Shown: positions 46,978-56,582 of the stretch, piece after piece
Position numbering within the stretch: the first letter of the stretch is position 1
How the letters are laid out: each line of letters opens with the position of its first letter
From: an uncultured Rhizobium sp.
GTDB taxonomy: Bacteria > Pseudomonadota > Alphaproteobacteria > Rickettsiales > UBA1997
DNA length: 64,000 bases
Assembly: GCA_964444545.1 (NCBI GenBank)
Contig: CAYUHG010000001.1
Span: 6,033-70,032, forward strand
Reading direction: 5' to 3'
Made by a program: the position numbers and the translations under genes
The notes under the pieces: generated by a model
Told to the model about the DNA's origin: nothing
The model's input: the letters and a program-made list of their open reading frames with translations, nothing else
Database searches by the model: none

Positions 46978-49155
46978 ATGAAAAAAGATTTTCGTGAGCT
47001 CTTCGCCTGGATTGTTATTGGAATTATTGGCGCAATCTCCTTTGGTGGAATCGCCATAATTCGCGGCGAACAAATTTCATCACTTTGGCTTGTAGTCGCC
47101 TGCATTTGCACTCAACTTATTGCTTATCGTTTTTACGGTGCTTGGATTGCCTTAAAAATTCTACACATCGATTCCAAGCACCCCACTCCTGCAACCAAAA
47201 TCAATGATGGCAAAGATTTTATCCCAACAAATAAATGGATTGTTTTTGGTCATCATTTCGCAGCGATTGCTGGCCCTGGCCCGCTAATTGGTCCAACTTT
47301 AGCGGCACAATTTGGTTATTTGCCGGGAACCTTGTGGATTCTAGTCGGATCAGTTTTAGGCGGTGCAGTTCAAGACATGATTATTTTATTTTCTTCAGTA
47401 CGTCGCAACGGAAAAAGTTTAGGACAAATGATTAAAGACGAAATCGGCGCAACAGCTGGCTACGCGGCTTTAATCGGAACCCTTACAATAATTATAGTTC
47501 TAATTGCCGTACTAGCTTTGATCGTTGTTAAAGCTTTGATGCACAGCCCGTGGGGCTCCTTCACAGTTTTTATGACAATTCCAATTGCGATGTTTGTTGG
47601 AATTTATCTATCCAAAATAAGAGTTGGCGCGGTTTTAGAAGGAAGTGTAATTGGCATCACATTTTTTCTGCTCGCGGTTTACGGCGGAAAAATTGTCCAT
47701 TACAACCCTGCACTCTCACAATTTTTTGACCGCGATGCCAAATTTTTAGCAATCAGTATTATTATTTACGGCTTTCTCGCCGCCACTCTTCCGGTCTGGC
47801 TATTGCTTGCTCCGCGCGATTATCTTTCATCATTTTTAAAACTCGGAACGATTTTTTTACTCGCCGTAGCAATTTTGATTTTCCGCCCCGAGCTGCAAAT
47901 GCCTGCCCTCACCCAATTTATCGACGGCTCTGGCCCAGTTTTTAGCGGCAAAGTTTTTCCATTTTTATTCATCACTATCGCTTGTGGCGCAATCTCGGGA
48001 TTCCACTCTCTGGTTGCTTCAGGAACTACACCCAAAATTATTTCCAGCGAAAAAGATATTCCTTTAGTTGGTTACGGCAGCATGTTACTTGAAGGCTGTG
48101 TCGCAATAATGGCAATGATCGCGGCCTGTGTTTTGCAACCTGGAGTTTATTTCGCCGTTAATTCTTCCGCCGCAGCTTTGGGCGGTGGCGATCCACAAAT
48201 TGCTGTTGCAACAATTTCGTCTTGGGGATTTCCAGTCAGCGTTGAAATGATGAATAATCTTGCCGCAGAAATGGGCGAGAACACTTTATTTTCAAGAACC
48301 GGCGGCGCTCCATCTTTGGCACTTGGAATGGCGAGTATTTTCTCTTCCGCTTTCGGCAGCAGCATGTTGTCACTTTGGTATCACTTCGCTATCATGTTCG
48401 AAGCGATTTTTATTTTAACCACTCTTGATGCCGGAACCCGCGTGGCGCGCTTCATGCTGCAAGACATGCTCGGCAATATTTACAAACCTTTAGGCAATAA
48501 TTCGTCAAACTTTTCGGCGATTTTTTCGAGCTTTGTGATCGTCACCGCTTGGGGATATTTTCTGTATCTTGGCGTAATTGATCCTCACGGCGGAGTGAAT
48601 ATTTTGTGGCCACTTTTTGGAATGTCGAATCAGATGCTTGCTGGTATCGCCCTTTCTTTAGCAACTGTAATCATTTTCAAAAGCGAGAAGAAGAAATATT
48701 TCTTTATCACAGCAATTCCGCTGGCAATACTACTTACAATTGTCACCACCGCAGTTTTTGAAAAAGTATTCTCACCAAATATTAAAATCGGATTTTTCGC
48801 GATGGCGAATTCACTTCAATCGCAGCTTGATTTAGGAGTAATAACAGATCCTGAGAAAATATCTTTAACTCAAAACATGATTTTCAATCAAAAGCTGATT
48901 GCTTTTATCGCTCTAGGATTTGTGACAATTCTGTGGATTGTAGTTTTTGAAGCTGCCCGAAAAATAATTCTAAAACAGCGCAACTTACTATCTTTCCTAA
49001 AGCTTTTAATTAGCTATTTTAACGGCGATTTCGCTTATAAAAATTATCTTGAACATCATGTCAAAAAACATCCTGAGAAAAAACCACTAAGCAAAAAAGA
49101 ATTTTTCGCCGCACAACAAAAACGTAAATGGACGAAAATTAATCGCTGCTGTTAA
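46978..49155 (+). CDS. cstA: Carbon starvation protein CstA (peptide/pyruvate transporter family) fused to a YbdD/YjiX-like C-terminal peptide
   Basis: 725 aa polytopic protein. GHHFAAIAGPGPLIGP, ISGFHSLVASGTTPK. The last ~50 aa, NGDFAYKNYLEHHVKKHPEKKPLSKKEFFAAQQKRKWTKINRCC, resemble the small YbdD/YjiX protein, including its terminal RCC. Confidence 0.85.
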   Translation: MKKDFRELFAWIVIGIIGAISFGGIAIIRGEQISSLWLVVACICTQLIAYRFYGAWIALKILHIDSKHPTPATKINDGKDFIPTNKWIVFGHHFAAIAGPGPLIGPTLAAQFGYLPGTLWILVGSVLGGAVQDMIILFSSVRRNGKSLGQMIKDEIGATAGYAALIGTLTIIIVLIAVLALIVVKALMHSPWGSFTVFMTIPIAMFVGIYLSKIRVGAVLEGSVIGITFFLLAVYGGKIVHYNPALSQFFDRDAKFLAISIIIYGFLAATLPVWLLLAPRDYLSSFLKLGTIFLLAVAILIFRPELQMPALTQFIDGSGPVFSGKVFPFLFITIACGAISGFHSLVASGTTPKIISSEKDIPLVGYGSMLLEGCVAIMAMIAACVLQPGVYFAVNSSAAALGGGDPQIAVATISSWGFPVSVEMMNNLAAEMGENTLFSRTGGAPSLALGMASIFSSAFGSSMLSLWYHFAIMFEAIFILTTLDAGTRVARFMLQDMLGNIYKPLGNNSSNFSAIFSSFVIVTAWGYFLYLGVIDPHGGVNILWPLFGMSNQMLAGIALSLATVIIFKSEKKKYFFITAIPLAILLTIVTTAVFEKVFSPNIKIGFFAMANSLQSQLDLGVITDPEKISLTQNMIFNQKLIAFIALGFVTILWIVVFEAARKIILKQRNLLSFLKLLISYFNGDFAYKNYLEHHVKKHPEKKPLSKKEFFAAQQKRKWTKINRCC

Positions 49156-49249
49156 AACACAAAACTGGATTGCCTAACTCAAATATGAAGAGTCGTGAGT
49201 TTGGCTTCCGACTCCTAGAAAACGCTACGCTTTACTCGAGAATCTAACT

Positions 49250-50173
49250 CTAAAAACCACCTAACTGTTTTTCAGGCGTTTCTTCTGCTTCGTTTTTATC
49301 ACAATAGTCAAAACCATTTACATTCAGCTTCACCAAAGAATTTTTAGCATTTTTGTTATGAGCTTTTTTAAAGCAGATATCGAGTAATTCTTTAGTCAAT
49401 TTATCACGACTTTTTGCCGTTGAGCAACCAAGGACAATTGAAATAATTCGCGTTTCCTTTTTCTTCGCTGCACTTACTAAATTAAAACCTGAAGCACGAG
49501 TAAAGCCAGTTTTCATGCCTTCTGCGCCTTTATATTCAAGCAAAACGTGATTATGGCTTTCATATTTTTGTCCGTTAAAAGTAAATTTTTTCTGACCAAA
49601 ATATTTATAATATTGCGGGAAATTTTTCTTCAGCGCCAAAGCCAATCGCGCTAAATCGTAGCTGTTGGTGTATTGCCCTTCTTCGTGAAGTCCGCTGGCA
49701 TTACTGAAGCTGGTGTTGTTCATTCCAAGCTGTTGCGCTTTTTTATTCATCTTGCGCACAAATTCCCATTCACCACCAGAAACTGCTTCAGCCAAAGTTA
49801 CTGCAGCTTCGTTGAAAGATTTTACAATCACCGCTGCAATCGCATCTTTCACAGTAATTTTATTACCTTCTTTCAAATGCATGGTGTTGCCGTTATTGAC
49901 TTTTGCCACCTCTTCACCACGTGCCGAAACTCTTAAAGTTTGGTTCAGAGTTAATTTTTTCTGCTCCAAGGCTTCAAATGTCAAATACAGCGTCATCATT
50001 TTCACCAAAGACGCTGGATAAGAAAATTTATCTGATCTTTTTTCGTATAAAATCGCACCAGTATTTTCTTCCACAACCAAAGAAGAATAGTCTTTACTGC
50101 AATCAACTTCCTGCGCCAAACACGGCAAAGAAATTGCAAAAGTCATCAGCAATAAAATAATTTTTTTGAACAT
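49250..50173 (-). CDS. D-alanyl-D-alanine carboxypeptidase (PBP5/6-like, S11)
   Basis: 307 aa with a signal peptide. SxxK as PASLVKMMT, SxN as SFN, KTG as MKTGFT. Confidence 0.8.
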   Translation of the reverse strand: MFKKIILLLMTFAISLPCLAQEVDCSKDYSSLVVEENTGAILYEKRSDKFSYPASLVKMMTLYLTFEALEQKKLTLNQTLRVSARGEEVAKVNNGNTMHLKEGNKITVKDAIAAVIVKSFNEAAVTLAEAVSGGEWEFVRKMNKKAQQLGMNNTSFSNASGLHEEGQYTNSYDLARLALALKKNFPQYYKYFGQKKFTFNGQKYESHNHVLLEYKGAEGMKTGFTRASGFNLVSAAKKKETRIISIVLGCSTAKSRDKLTKELLDICFKKAHNKNAKNSLVKLNVNGFDYCDKNEAEETPEKQLGGF

Positions 50174-50174
50174 T

Positions 50175-51326
50175 TTACAAAATTTTTAAAATTTCCTTAG
50201 CAGCTTTAAAACTAGGATTTTCAAGACTTTCCAGTCCCATTTCTTTTAAAGATGATACGCTTTCATCAAGTTGTTTTTGCGCTAAATTTTTATCGTTAAT
50301 TAATTTTTCCATCTCATGAAAAAGCAAATCTGAACGGCATTTATCCTGCAACATTTCCGGAATTATTTCACGGTTGGAAATTAAATTTATCAGATTGGCA
50401 AATTTAATTTTTACCATTCTTTTGACGATAAAATGAGTAATAAAGTTAATCTTATAAGCGATCACCATCGGCAAACGATAAAGCGAGATTTCAACTGTAT
50501 TGGTGCCCGATTTGGCAAAAGCAAAATCAGCAGCAAAAAAAGCTGAATTTTTCTCTGTTTTTTCGATTAAAAAATATGGCACTTTTAAATCTTTTGCCAT
50601 TTCAGTTACAAGATTTCGCGTTTTGTCGATCAACGGAATTATAACTTTCAAATCACGTTTTTTTTCCGCCAATAAATTTATCGCACCAATAAATTCTGGA
50701 AAAATTTTACCAACTTCACCATTACGACTTCCAGGTGTTAAAAGCACTACTGTTGAGTTCTCAGCGATTTTATATTTTGCACGAAATTCACTTCTGATTT
50801 GTGGTTTTTGCGAAAAATCAGGCGCATTTTCAACAATCGGACTGCCGATAAAAACTGTCTTCAAACCATATTTTTCAAAGTATGGCGGCTCGAATGGAAG
50901 GATTGCTAAAAGCAAATCGTAAAGCTTGGAAATTTTTTCTGCTCGACCTTCGCGATAAGCCCAGACTGATGGCGCGATCATGTGAACTTTTTTCACTGAT
51001 TTGAAATCACGCAATTTTTTCATCACACGGAAACAAAAATCTGGCGAATCAATTGTAATCACCACATCTGGCTTTTCGGACTTTACCACTTCTGCCGTTT
51101 GATTAATGCGTTTGAGCAATTTTGGAATATGCGGCAGAACTTCTAAAAATCCCATAACCGACAATTCTTCCATCGCAAAAATTGATTTTAATCCTTGTTC
51201 TTTCATCAAGGTTCCACCTACTCCGATAAACTCCGATTCGGGATTCTGCGCTTTTAATTCTTTAATCAATTTCGCTCCAAGCAAATCACCCGAAGCTTCG
51301 CCAGCGATGACGAAAAATTTTTTCAT
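50175..51326 (-). CDS. lpxB: Lipid-A-disaccharide synthase
   Basis: 383 aa. FVIAGEASGD, IDSPDF, PSVWAYREGR, SGT...E. Confidence 0.85.
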   Translation of the reverse strand: MKKFFVIAGEASGDLLGAKLIKELKAQNPESEFIGVGGTLMKEQGLKSIFAMEELSVMGFLEVLPHIPKLLKRINQTAEVVKSEKPDVVITIDSPDFCFRVMKKLRDFKSVKKVHMIAPSVWAYREGRAEKISKLYDLLLAILPFEPPYFEKYGLKTVFIGSPIVENAPDFSQKPQIRSEFRAKYKIAENSTVVLLTPGSRNGEVGKIFPEFIGAINLLAEKKRDLKVIIPLIDKTRNLVTEMAKDLKVPYFLIEKTEKNSAFFAADFAFAKSGTNTVEISLYRLPMVIAYKINFITHFIVKRMVKIKFANLINLISNREIIPEMLQDKCRSDLLFHEMEKLINDKNLAQKQLDESVSSLKEMGLESLENPSFKAAKEILKIL

Positions 51327-51406
51327 TTTTAATTTTAGATTCTTGTTTTACATTGAAGCGCGTGAACGCTGTTTCGGCTTTCGCAATTCATCACAATCTA
51401 AAATCA

Positions 51407-51419
51407 AAATCTTAAATCA
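51407..51419 (+). promoter_or_regulatory. Recurrent upstream motif AAAATCTTAAATC
   Basis: Lies 13 nt upstream of the asd ATG. TTTTAGATTCTT on the lpxB side (51333-51344) is identical to the 12-mer next to folC (3027-3038). Confidence 0.35.
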
Positions 51420-51432
51420 AAAATTAAATATT

Positions 51433-52449
51433 ATGGCTCGTCGTAAAATTGCCGTTGCTGGCGCGACCGGAAATGTTGGTCGTGAAATTTTAAATATTTT
51501 AGCAGAAAGAAAATTCCCTGCTGATGAAGTTGTTGCCTTAGCTTCTGCTAACTCTTTAGGCAAAAAAGTTTCTTACGGCGATAAGGAATTGACGGTACAA
51601 GTTTTGGATGATTACGACTTTACGGGAACATCAATTGGCCTGTTTTCTCCTGGCGGAAAAGTTTCTGCAATTCACGCTCCACGTGCTGCAGCTCAGGGTT
51701 GCGTTGTAGTTGACAATACTTCGCATTTCAGAATGGAAAAAGATATTCCGTTAGTTGTTCCTGAAGTTAATCCAGAAGCGATCGCGGATTACAAAAAACG
51801 CGGTATCATCGCCAATCCAAACTGCTCAACAATTCAAATGGTTGTAGCTTTAAAACCACTTCACGATATTGCAAAAATCAAACGTATTGTGGTTTCAACT
51901 TACCAAGCCGTTTCTGGTGCTGGTAAAGAAGCGATGGATGAACTTTACGATTCAACTAAAAAAATCTATGCTAACCAATTTTTGGAACCAAAAAAATTCA
52001 GTAAAAGAATTGCTTTCAACGTAATTCCTCAAATCGACGTTTTCATGGATGACGGCGTTACTAAAGAAGAATGGAAAATGAAAGTTGAGACCCAAAAAAT
52101 CTTGGATCCAAACATTAAAGTTGAAGCAACTTGTGTTCGTGTTCCAGTTTTCAACTGTCACTCTGAAGCGATCAACGTTGAATTTGAAAAACCAATTTCT
52201 GCCGCGCAAGCTCGCAAAATTTTGGATGAATCTGACGGCGTAGTTGTGATTGATCGTCCGCAAGAAATGAAATTTGTAACTCCAGTTGAAGTTTCAACTC
52301 AAGATCCAGTTTTCGTTTCAAGAATCCGTGAAGATAAATCAGTTGCGCATGGTCTGTCGCTTTGGGTTGTTTCTGACAACTTAAGAAAAGGTGCAGCTCT
52401 AAACGCAGTTCAAATCGCGGAGCTTTTAGTTAAGAAACACGGTTTGTAA
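51433..52449 (+). CDS. asd: Aspartate-semialdehyde dehydrogenase
   Basis: MARRKIAVAGATGNVGRE, the active-site context IANPNCSTI, and YQAVSGAG. The ORF-track start at 51106 is an antisense extension over lpxB. Confidence 0.9.
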   Translation: MARRKIAVAGATGNVGREILNILAERKFPADEVVALASANSLGKKVSYGDKELTVQVLDDYDFTGTSIGLFSPGGKVSAIHAPRAAAQGCVVVDNTSHFRMEKDIPLVVPEVNPEAIADYKKRGIIANPNCSTIQMVVALKPLHDIAKIKRIVVSTYQAVSGAGKEAMDELYDSTKKIYANQFLEPKKFSKRIAFNVIPQIDVFMDDGVTKEEWKMKVETQKILDPNIKVEATCVRVPVFNCHSEAINVEFEKPISAAQARKILDESDGVVVIDRPQEMKFVTPVEVSTQDPVFVSRIREDKSVAHGLSLWVVSDNLRKGAALNAVQIAELLVKKHGL

Positions 52450-52503
52450 AATTAGAAGAGTAGTCGAGAAACGCTAGAGGGTAAGTAAAGGAACTCTACG
52501 ATT

Positions 52504-52641
52504 GAGGGTGGCTTACTCAACCCCCCGACCCCTAGCGGGGCCACCCCCCTTGACAGGGGGGCAATGATTCGAGTCCTGCTTGCCCCCCTGTCAAGGGGGG
52601 GTGGCCCCGCTAGGGGTCGGGGGGTTGAGTAAGCCACCCTC
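52504..52641. repeat. GC-rich nested palindromic repeat, family 2, copy 2 (longer arms)
   Basis: GAGGGTGGCTTACTCAACCCCCCGACCCCTAGCGGGGCCACCCCCCTTGACAGGGGGG ... CCCCCCTGTCAAGGGGGGGTGGCCCCGCTAGGGGTCGGGGGGTTGAGTAAGCCACCCTC, between convergent asd and thiE. Confidence 0.9.
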
Positions 52642-52678
52642 GATTTGATAGTTTAGCGAACCACCATCAAATTCCTAT

Positions 52679-53308
52679 TCAAACAGATCTAATCACCGCA
52701 TCCAATTTCTTCAAAGCCTGCTCGACACCTTTCTCATTCTCCCAAACGTAAGAAATTACCGCCAAAAAATCAGCACCAGCTTCAACCAGCGTTTTACAAT
52801 TCTGAGCATTAATCCCTCCAATCGCCACAATCGGCAAATTCGTAATTTCATTAGCCCACTCTAAAATTTCCAAGGTTGGCTTGCCACGTGATTGTTTAGT
52901 TTTGCTTTCAAAAAATGCTCCGAAAGAAATATAATCAGCACTTTGCTCACCAGCTTCCATCGCCAGATGACGCGAATCGTAACAGCTTGCACCAATTACA
53001 AAATTAGGATTTATTTTTTGAGATTTTTCTCGAGCAACTTTGATTGATCCATCTTCTACACCAAGATGCACACCATCAGCACCGATCTCCAAAGCTAATT
53101 CAACATCATCATTAACAATAAATTGTGTTTTATTGGCTTGGCAGATTTTTTGTAATTCGAGGGCGATTTTTTTGACTTCTGATTTTGCGTAACCTTTCAA
53201 ACGCAGCTGGAAAACTGGAACTAATGTGGTTTTGAGGGCTTTTTCCAACTCCGCCGAAAAATCTTTTAATTCGATTTTTGGCGGGCTGATTAAATAAATT
53301 TGCGTCAT
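52679..53308 (-). CDS. thiE: Thiamine-phosphate synthase
   Basis: 209 aa TIM-barrel pattern. QLRLK, VNDDVELALEIGADGVHLG, IGASC, VAIGGI. Confidence 0.75.
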   Translation of the reverse strand: MTQIYLISPPKIELKDFSAELEKALKTTLVPVFQLRLKGYAKSEVKKIALELQKICQANKTQFIVNDDVELALEIGADGVHLGVEDGSIKVAREKSQKINPNFVIGASCYDSRHLAMEAGEQSADYISFGAFFESKTKQSRGKPTLEILEWANEITNLPIVAIGGINAQNCKTLVEAGADFLAVISYVWENEKGVEQALKKLDAVIRSV

Positions 53309-53312
53309 TCAA

Positions 53313-54965
53313 CTAACCGTTTCTTCTTCTAAAGAATGCTGGAACGTTGAGAATGTCGTCTTCAATTTTTTCTTCGACGATTTCTTTTTCTTCATCGAAG
53401 ATTGTCGAACCAAAAAATTCTTTATGTTTTTTAGCAGCTTCATCAGATTTTTCTTGGCTGATCGTAGGCTGCGCTTTCTGAATTATTGGAGCCTGAGGAA
53501 CGACTTTTACAGGAGCTGGTTCAGAAATAATATCAGTGAATTTTACTTCTGGATCATCTTGTAAATCGTTTTTGCTTTTAGTCGGATTCATGAAGCTGAA
53601 CAAACTAAATCCAGAATCTTTCTTTTCTTTTTTAGATGGAGCAGCTGTTTTAGAAGGTTTAGGTGCTTTAACCAATTCTTCTCTCTCTTCAATTTCGTCT
53701 TCAACAACAATTTCTGTTTCAGCAAAGAAATTTGATTGGTCAAACTTTTTTTCTTCAATTGTTTGAACAGATTCTACACCATAATTCGGGTTTGGCTCTT
53801 TCAAGAAGGTTTGTTTTGGCTTCAAATCAGTTTCAGCAATTTCTTCAAAACGCTCAACTGCTGGAGTTGCGATTGTTCCTGGATTAAAGAAACTTTTTCC
53901 TACAACTGCACTATTATTTTTTGAAGCTTGCGAAGGCTCAATTTTGAAGCGTCCCGACTCTTTTACTTCAGAAGCTTTTTCAATATCTTTTCTGTAGTCA
54001 TCAACATCGATACCAGTGGCAACCACAGAGATTCTGATTTTGCCTTTCATGTTTTCATTGAAGGCCGAACCGAAAATAATGTTAGCGTTTGAATCAACTT
54101 CTTTACGAATTGTGTTCACCGCTAAATCAGCTTCAAATAGCGTCATATCCGGGCCACCAGTCATATTAACTAAAACACCTTTGGCACCTTTAATTGAAAT
54201 ATCATCAAGTAACGGGTTAGAAATAGCGGCTTCACAAGCAGCGATAGCGCGATTAGGACCTTCAGCTTCGCCGGTTCCCATCATCGCTTTACCCATTTTA
54301 GTCATGATGGTTCTGATGTCAGCGAAGTCGAGATTCACCAAACCAGGCATAGTAATCAAATCTGTAACACCACGAACACCTGCGTGTAAAACGTCATCAG
54401 CCATTTTGAAAGCAGATTCAAAGGTAGTATTTTCGTTGGCGATTCTGAATAAATTTTGGTTTGGAATAATGATCAAAGTATCAACGTATTTCTTCAACTC
54501 TTCGATGCCGGCCTCAGCAGTTTCCATGCGATATTTTCCTTCGAAATGGAAAGGTTTGGTCACGACACCAACAGTCAAAACATCTCTCTCACGAGCAAGT
54601 TTAGCAATAACTGGAGCCGCACCAGTACCAGTACCACCGCCCATACCAGCAGCGATGAAAACCATGTTGCTTCCTTCTAAATATTTTTCGATTTCTTCAA
54701 CATTTTCTTCTGCAGCAGCACGTCCACGATCCGGAAAAGAACCGGCTCCTAAACCTTTAGTAGTAACGATTCCAAGTTGAATACGATTTGGCGCTAATGA
54801 ACTTGTTAAAGATTGTGCATCCGTGTTTGCAGCAATAAATTCCACACCTTCAAGATTAGAGCGAATCATATTATTGATTGCATTTCCACCTGCTCCACCA
54901 ACACCGAAAATAGTAATTTTTGGTTTTAATAGCTCAGGGGCTGGAACGTTGATTTTCAAAGACAT
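53313..54965 (-). CDS. ftsZ: Cell division protein FtsZ with a long acidic C-terminal linker
   Basis: GVGGAGGNA, the tubulin signature [15 protein letters not shown], and the C-terminal peptide [12 protein letters not shown]. Start set at MSLKINVP (54965), with an alternative ATG at 54998. Confidence 0.9.
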   Translation of the reverse strand: MSLKINVPAPELLKPKITIFGVGGAGGNAINNMIRSNLEGVEFIAANTDAQSLTSSLAPNRIQLGIVTTKGLGAGSFPDRGRAAAEENVEEIEKYLEGSNMVFIAAGMGGGTGTGAAPVIAKLARERDVLTVGVVTKPFHFEGKYRMETAEAGIEELKKYVDTLIIIPNQNLFRIANENTTFESAFKMADDVLHAGVRGVTDLITMPGLVNLDFADIRTIMTKMGKAMMGTGEAEGPNRAIAACEAAISNPLLDDISIKGAKGVLVNMTGGPDMTLFEADLAVNTIRKEVDSNANIIFGSAFNENMKGKIRISVVATGIDVDDYRKDIEKASEVKESGRFKIEPSQASKNNSAVVGKSFFNPGTIATPAVERFEEIAETDLKPKQTFLKEPNPNYGVESVQTIEEKKFDQSNFFAETEIVVEDEIEEREELVKAPKPSKTAAPSKKEKKDSGFSLFSFMNPTKSKNDLQDDPEVKFTDIISEPAPVKVVPQAPIIQKAQPTISQEKSDEAAKKHKEFFGSTIFDEEKEIVEEKIEDDILNVPAFFRRRNG

Positions 54966-55179
54966 ATCGAGGCTTTTTGATTTTCTTGTTGATTTCATAC
55001 AGAAGAGGATTTTTTCAGCAATTACGCGGTAAAATTTAACAATCGAAAAAATAATCTGCAATTTTTTATAGGCAGGATTATCAAGATTGTGTGTTATTTT
55101 TTCATGCTCGCAATAACAAAAAATCAGCAACTATATCTTGTTAGTAGATTGAATTTTCAGAACCACAATAATTCGAAAA

Positions 55180-56559
55180 TTACATGACCAAAGTTGCTAA
55201 TCCGAGCAAGGTTAAAAACGAGAACATGTCAGTCATAGTTGTAAGGAATACTCCAGAAGAAATTGCCGGATCAAATTTTAAACGATGTAAAACTAACGGG
55301 ATAAATACACCAAAGAATCCTGAAAGTGTAATCGCTGCTAAAATTGCAGCAGCAAAAACTAAACTCAAATAAAGATCGTGCTGCCAAAAATAACATGCTA
55401 GAGCGGCAACAGCCGACAATGTTGCGCCGTTTATGAATGCTACCAAGAATTCTTTTAAAAAGATTTTTCCCAAAGAAATATTTTCGATCTCTTTAGTAGC
55501 AATTGCTCTTACCAAAACTGTTAAGGCTTGGGTTCCAGAATTTCCAGAAAGAGAAGATACAATTGGCAACAAAGCAGCTAAGGCTACAATTTTTTGAATT
55601 TCTCCAGCAAAAAAAGCGATGATAGTTGCTGAAAAAAGGTTGGTAATAAGACTAGTTGAAAGCCAAGAAATACGAGACTTCGCAGTGGTAAATGATGATG
55701 CATATAAGTTGATATCGTTTACACCACCAAGTAACAAAATATCTTCTTCAGCTTCTTCTTGTAAGATATCAATCACGTCATTGGCGTAAATTACGCCGAC
55801 CAGAATTCCTTTTTCATCAACAACTGGAGCGTAATCGAGGGAATATTTACTGAACAGTTGTGCACCCTCTTCTTTATCCATATTGGCGGAAAGCAACATT
55901 AGCTCTTCTTTGTCAGCCATAATTTCAGACATCAAAACTTGTTTCTTTTTCTTCAAAATTTTGCTGACACTAACTTCAGAGATCGGACGAAAATCATCAT
56001 CAACAATTACAATATTGTGAAAATCATCGGGAAGATCTGGGGTATTTTGTAAGTGATAAGTAGCCTGTGCAACGCTCCAATCTTGCTTTACCGCCACAAA
56101 ACTTTGTTGCATCAAACGACCAATCGAATTTTCCGGATAAGATAAAGCTTCTTCAATCTCACTCCTTTTCTCTTCAGAAACGTGATCAAGAATTTCGCTA
56201 ATGCCATCATTTTCGAGAGTTTCGATAACCTGAACTGCGTCTTCAGTTTCAAGTTGATCAATCGCTTTGGCAGAATTTTCACTTCCCAAAAGTTCAATAA
56301 CATCACTTTTGAGTTTATCGTCGAGATAAGTTAAAATTTCCGGATCAAATTCTGACGCAATAATAGCGATCAGATTAATTCGTTGTTCAAAATTTAATGA
56401 GGAAAGGAAGTCAGCTTGATCTGCAGGATGCAGCTCGAGGAATAATTTTTTAACTTGGCTGGTAAGATCATTTTCCAGCGAATTTAAAATACGATTTTTG
56501 ATGTTTTGATCGATACCAAACTCTGATTCGTAAACATTTTCTTTTTTCTCGATAACCAT
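55180..56559 (-). CDS. mgtE: Magnesium transporter MgtE
   Basis: 459 aa. MgtE N-domain, two CBS domains, and a 5-TM C-terminal domain with GNSGTQ and a DxxS-type motif (TMTDMFSF). Confidence 0.85.
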   Translation of the reverse strand: MVIEKKENVYESEFGIDQNIKNRILNSLENDLTSQVKKLFLELHPADQADFLSSLNFEQRINLIAIIASEFDPEILTYLDDKLKSDVIELLGSENSAKAIDQLETEDAVQVIETLENDGISEILDHVSEEKRSEIEEALSYPENSIGRLMQQSFVAVKQDWSVAQATYHLQNTPDLPDDFHNIVIVDDDFRPISEVSVSKILKKKKQVLMSEIMADKEELMLLSANMDKEEGAQLFSKYSLDYAPVVDEKGILVGVIYANDVIDILQEEAEEDILLLGGVNDINLYASSFTTAKSRISWLSTSLITNLFSATIIAFFAGEIQKIVALAALLPIVSSLSGNSGTQALTVLVRAIATKEIENISLGKIFLKEFLVAFINGATLSAVAALACYFWQHDLYLSLVFAAAILAAITLSGFFGVFIPLVLHRLKFDPAISSGVFLTTMTDMFSFLTLLGLATLVM

Positions 56560-56582
56560 TTACGCCTCAGTTTTCAAAGTTG

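Noticed and set aside
52452-52637. 61-aa ORF (MAYSTPRPLAGPPPLDRGAS...) between asd and thiE
   Set aside because: It is generated by reading through the GC-rich palindromic repeat, so its Pro/Gly/Arg-rich translation mirrors the repeat. The related copy at 42424-42527 has no equivalent ORF.
54016-54780. 254-aa ORF on the plus strand, with similar long antisense ORFs at 36281-36643, 50500-50922, 13357-13731, 23901-24290, 49713-50021 and 58809-59210
   Set aside because: Each lies entirely antisense to, or in an alternative frame within, a confidently identified gene (ftsZ, fadB-like, lpxB, lptD, ligA, dacA-like, gdh). Their low-complexity translations have no motifs. They are typical shadow ORFs.
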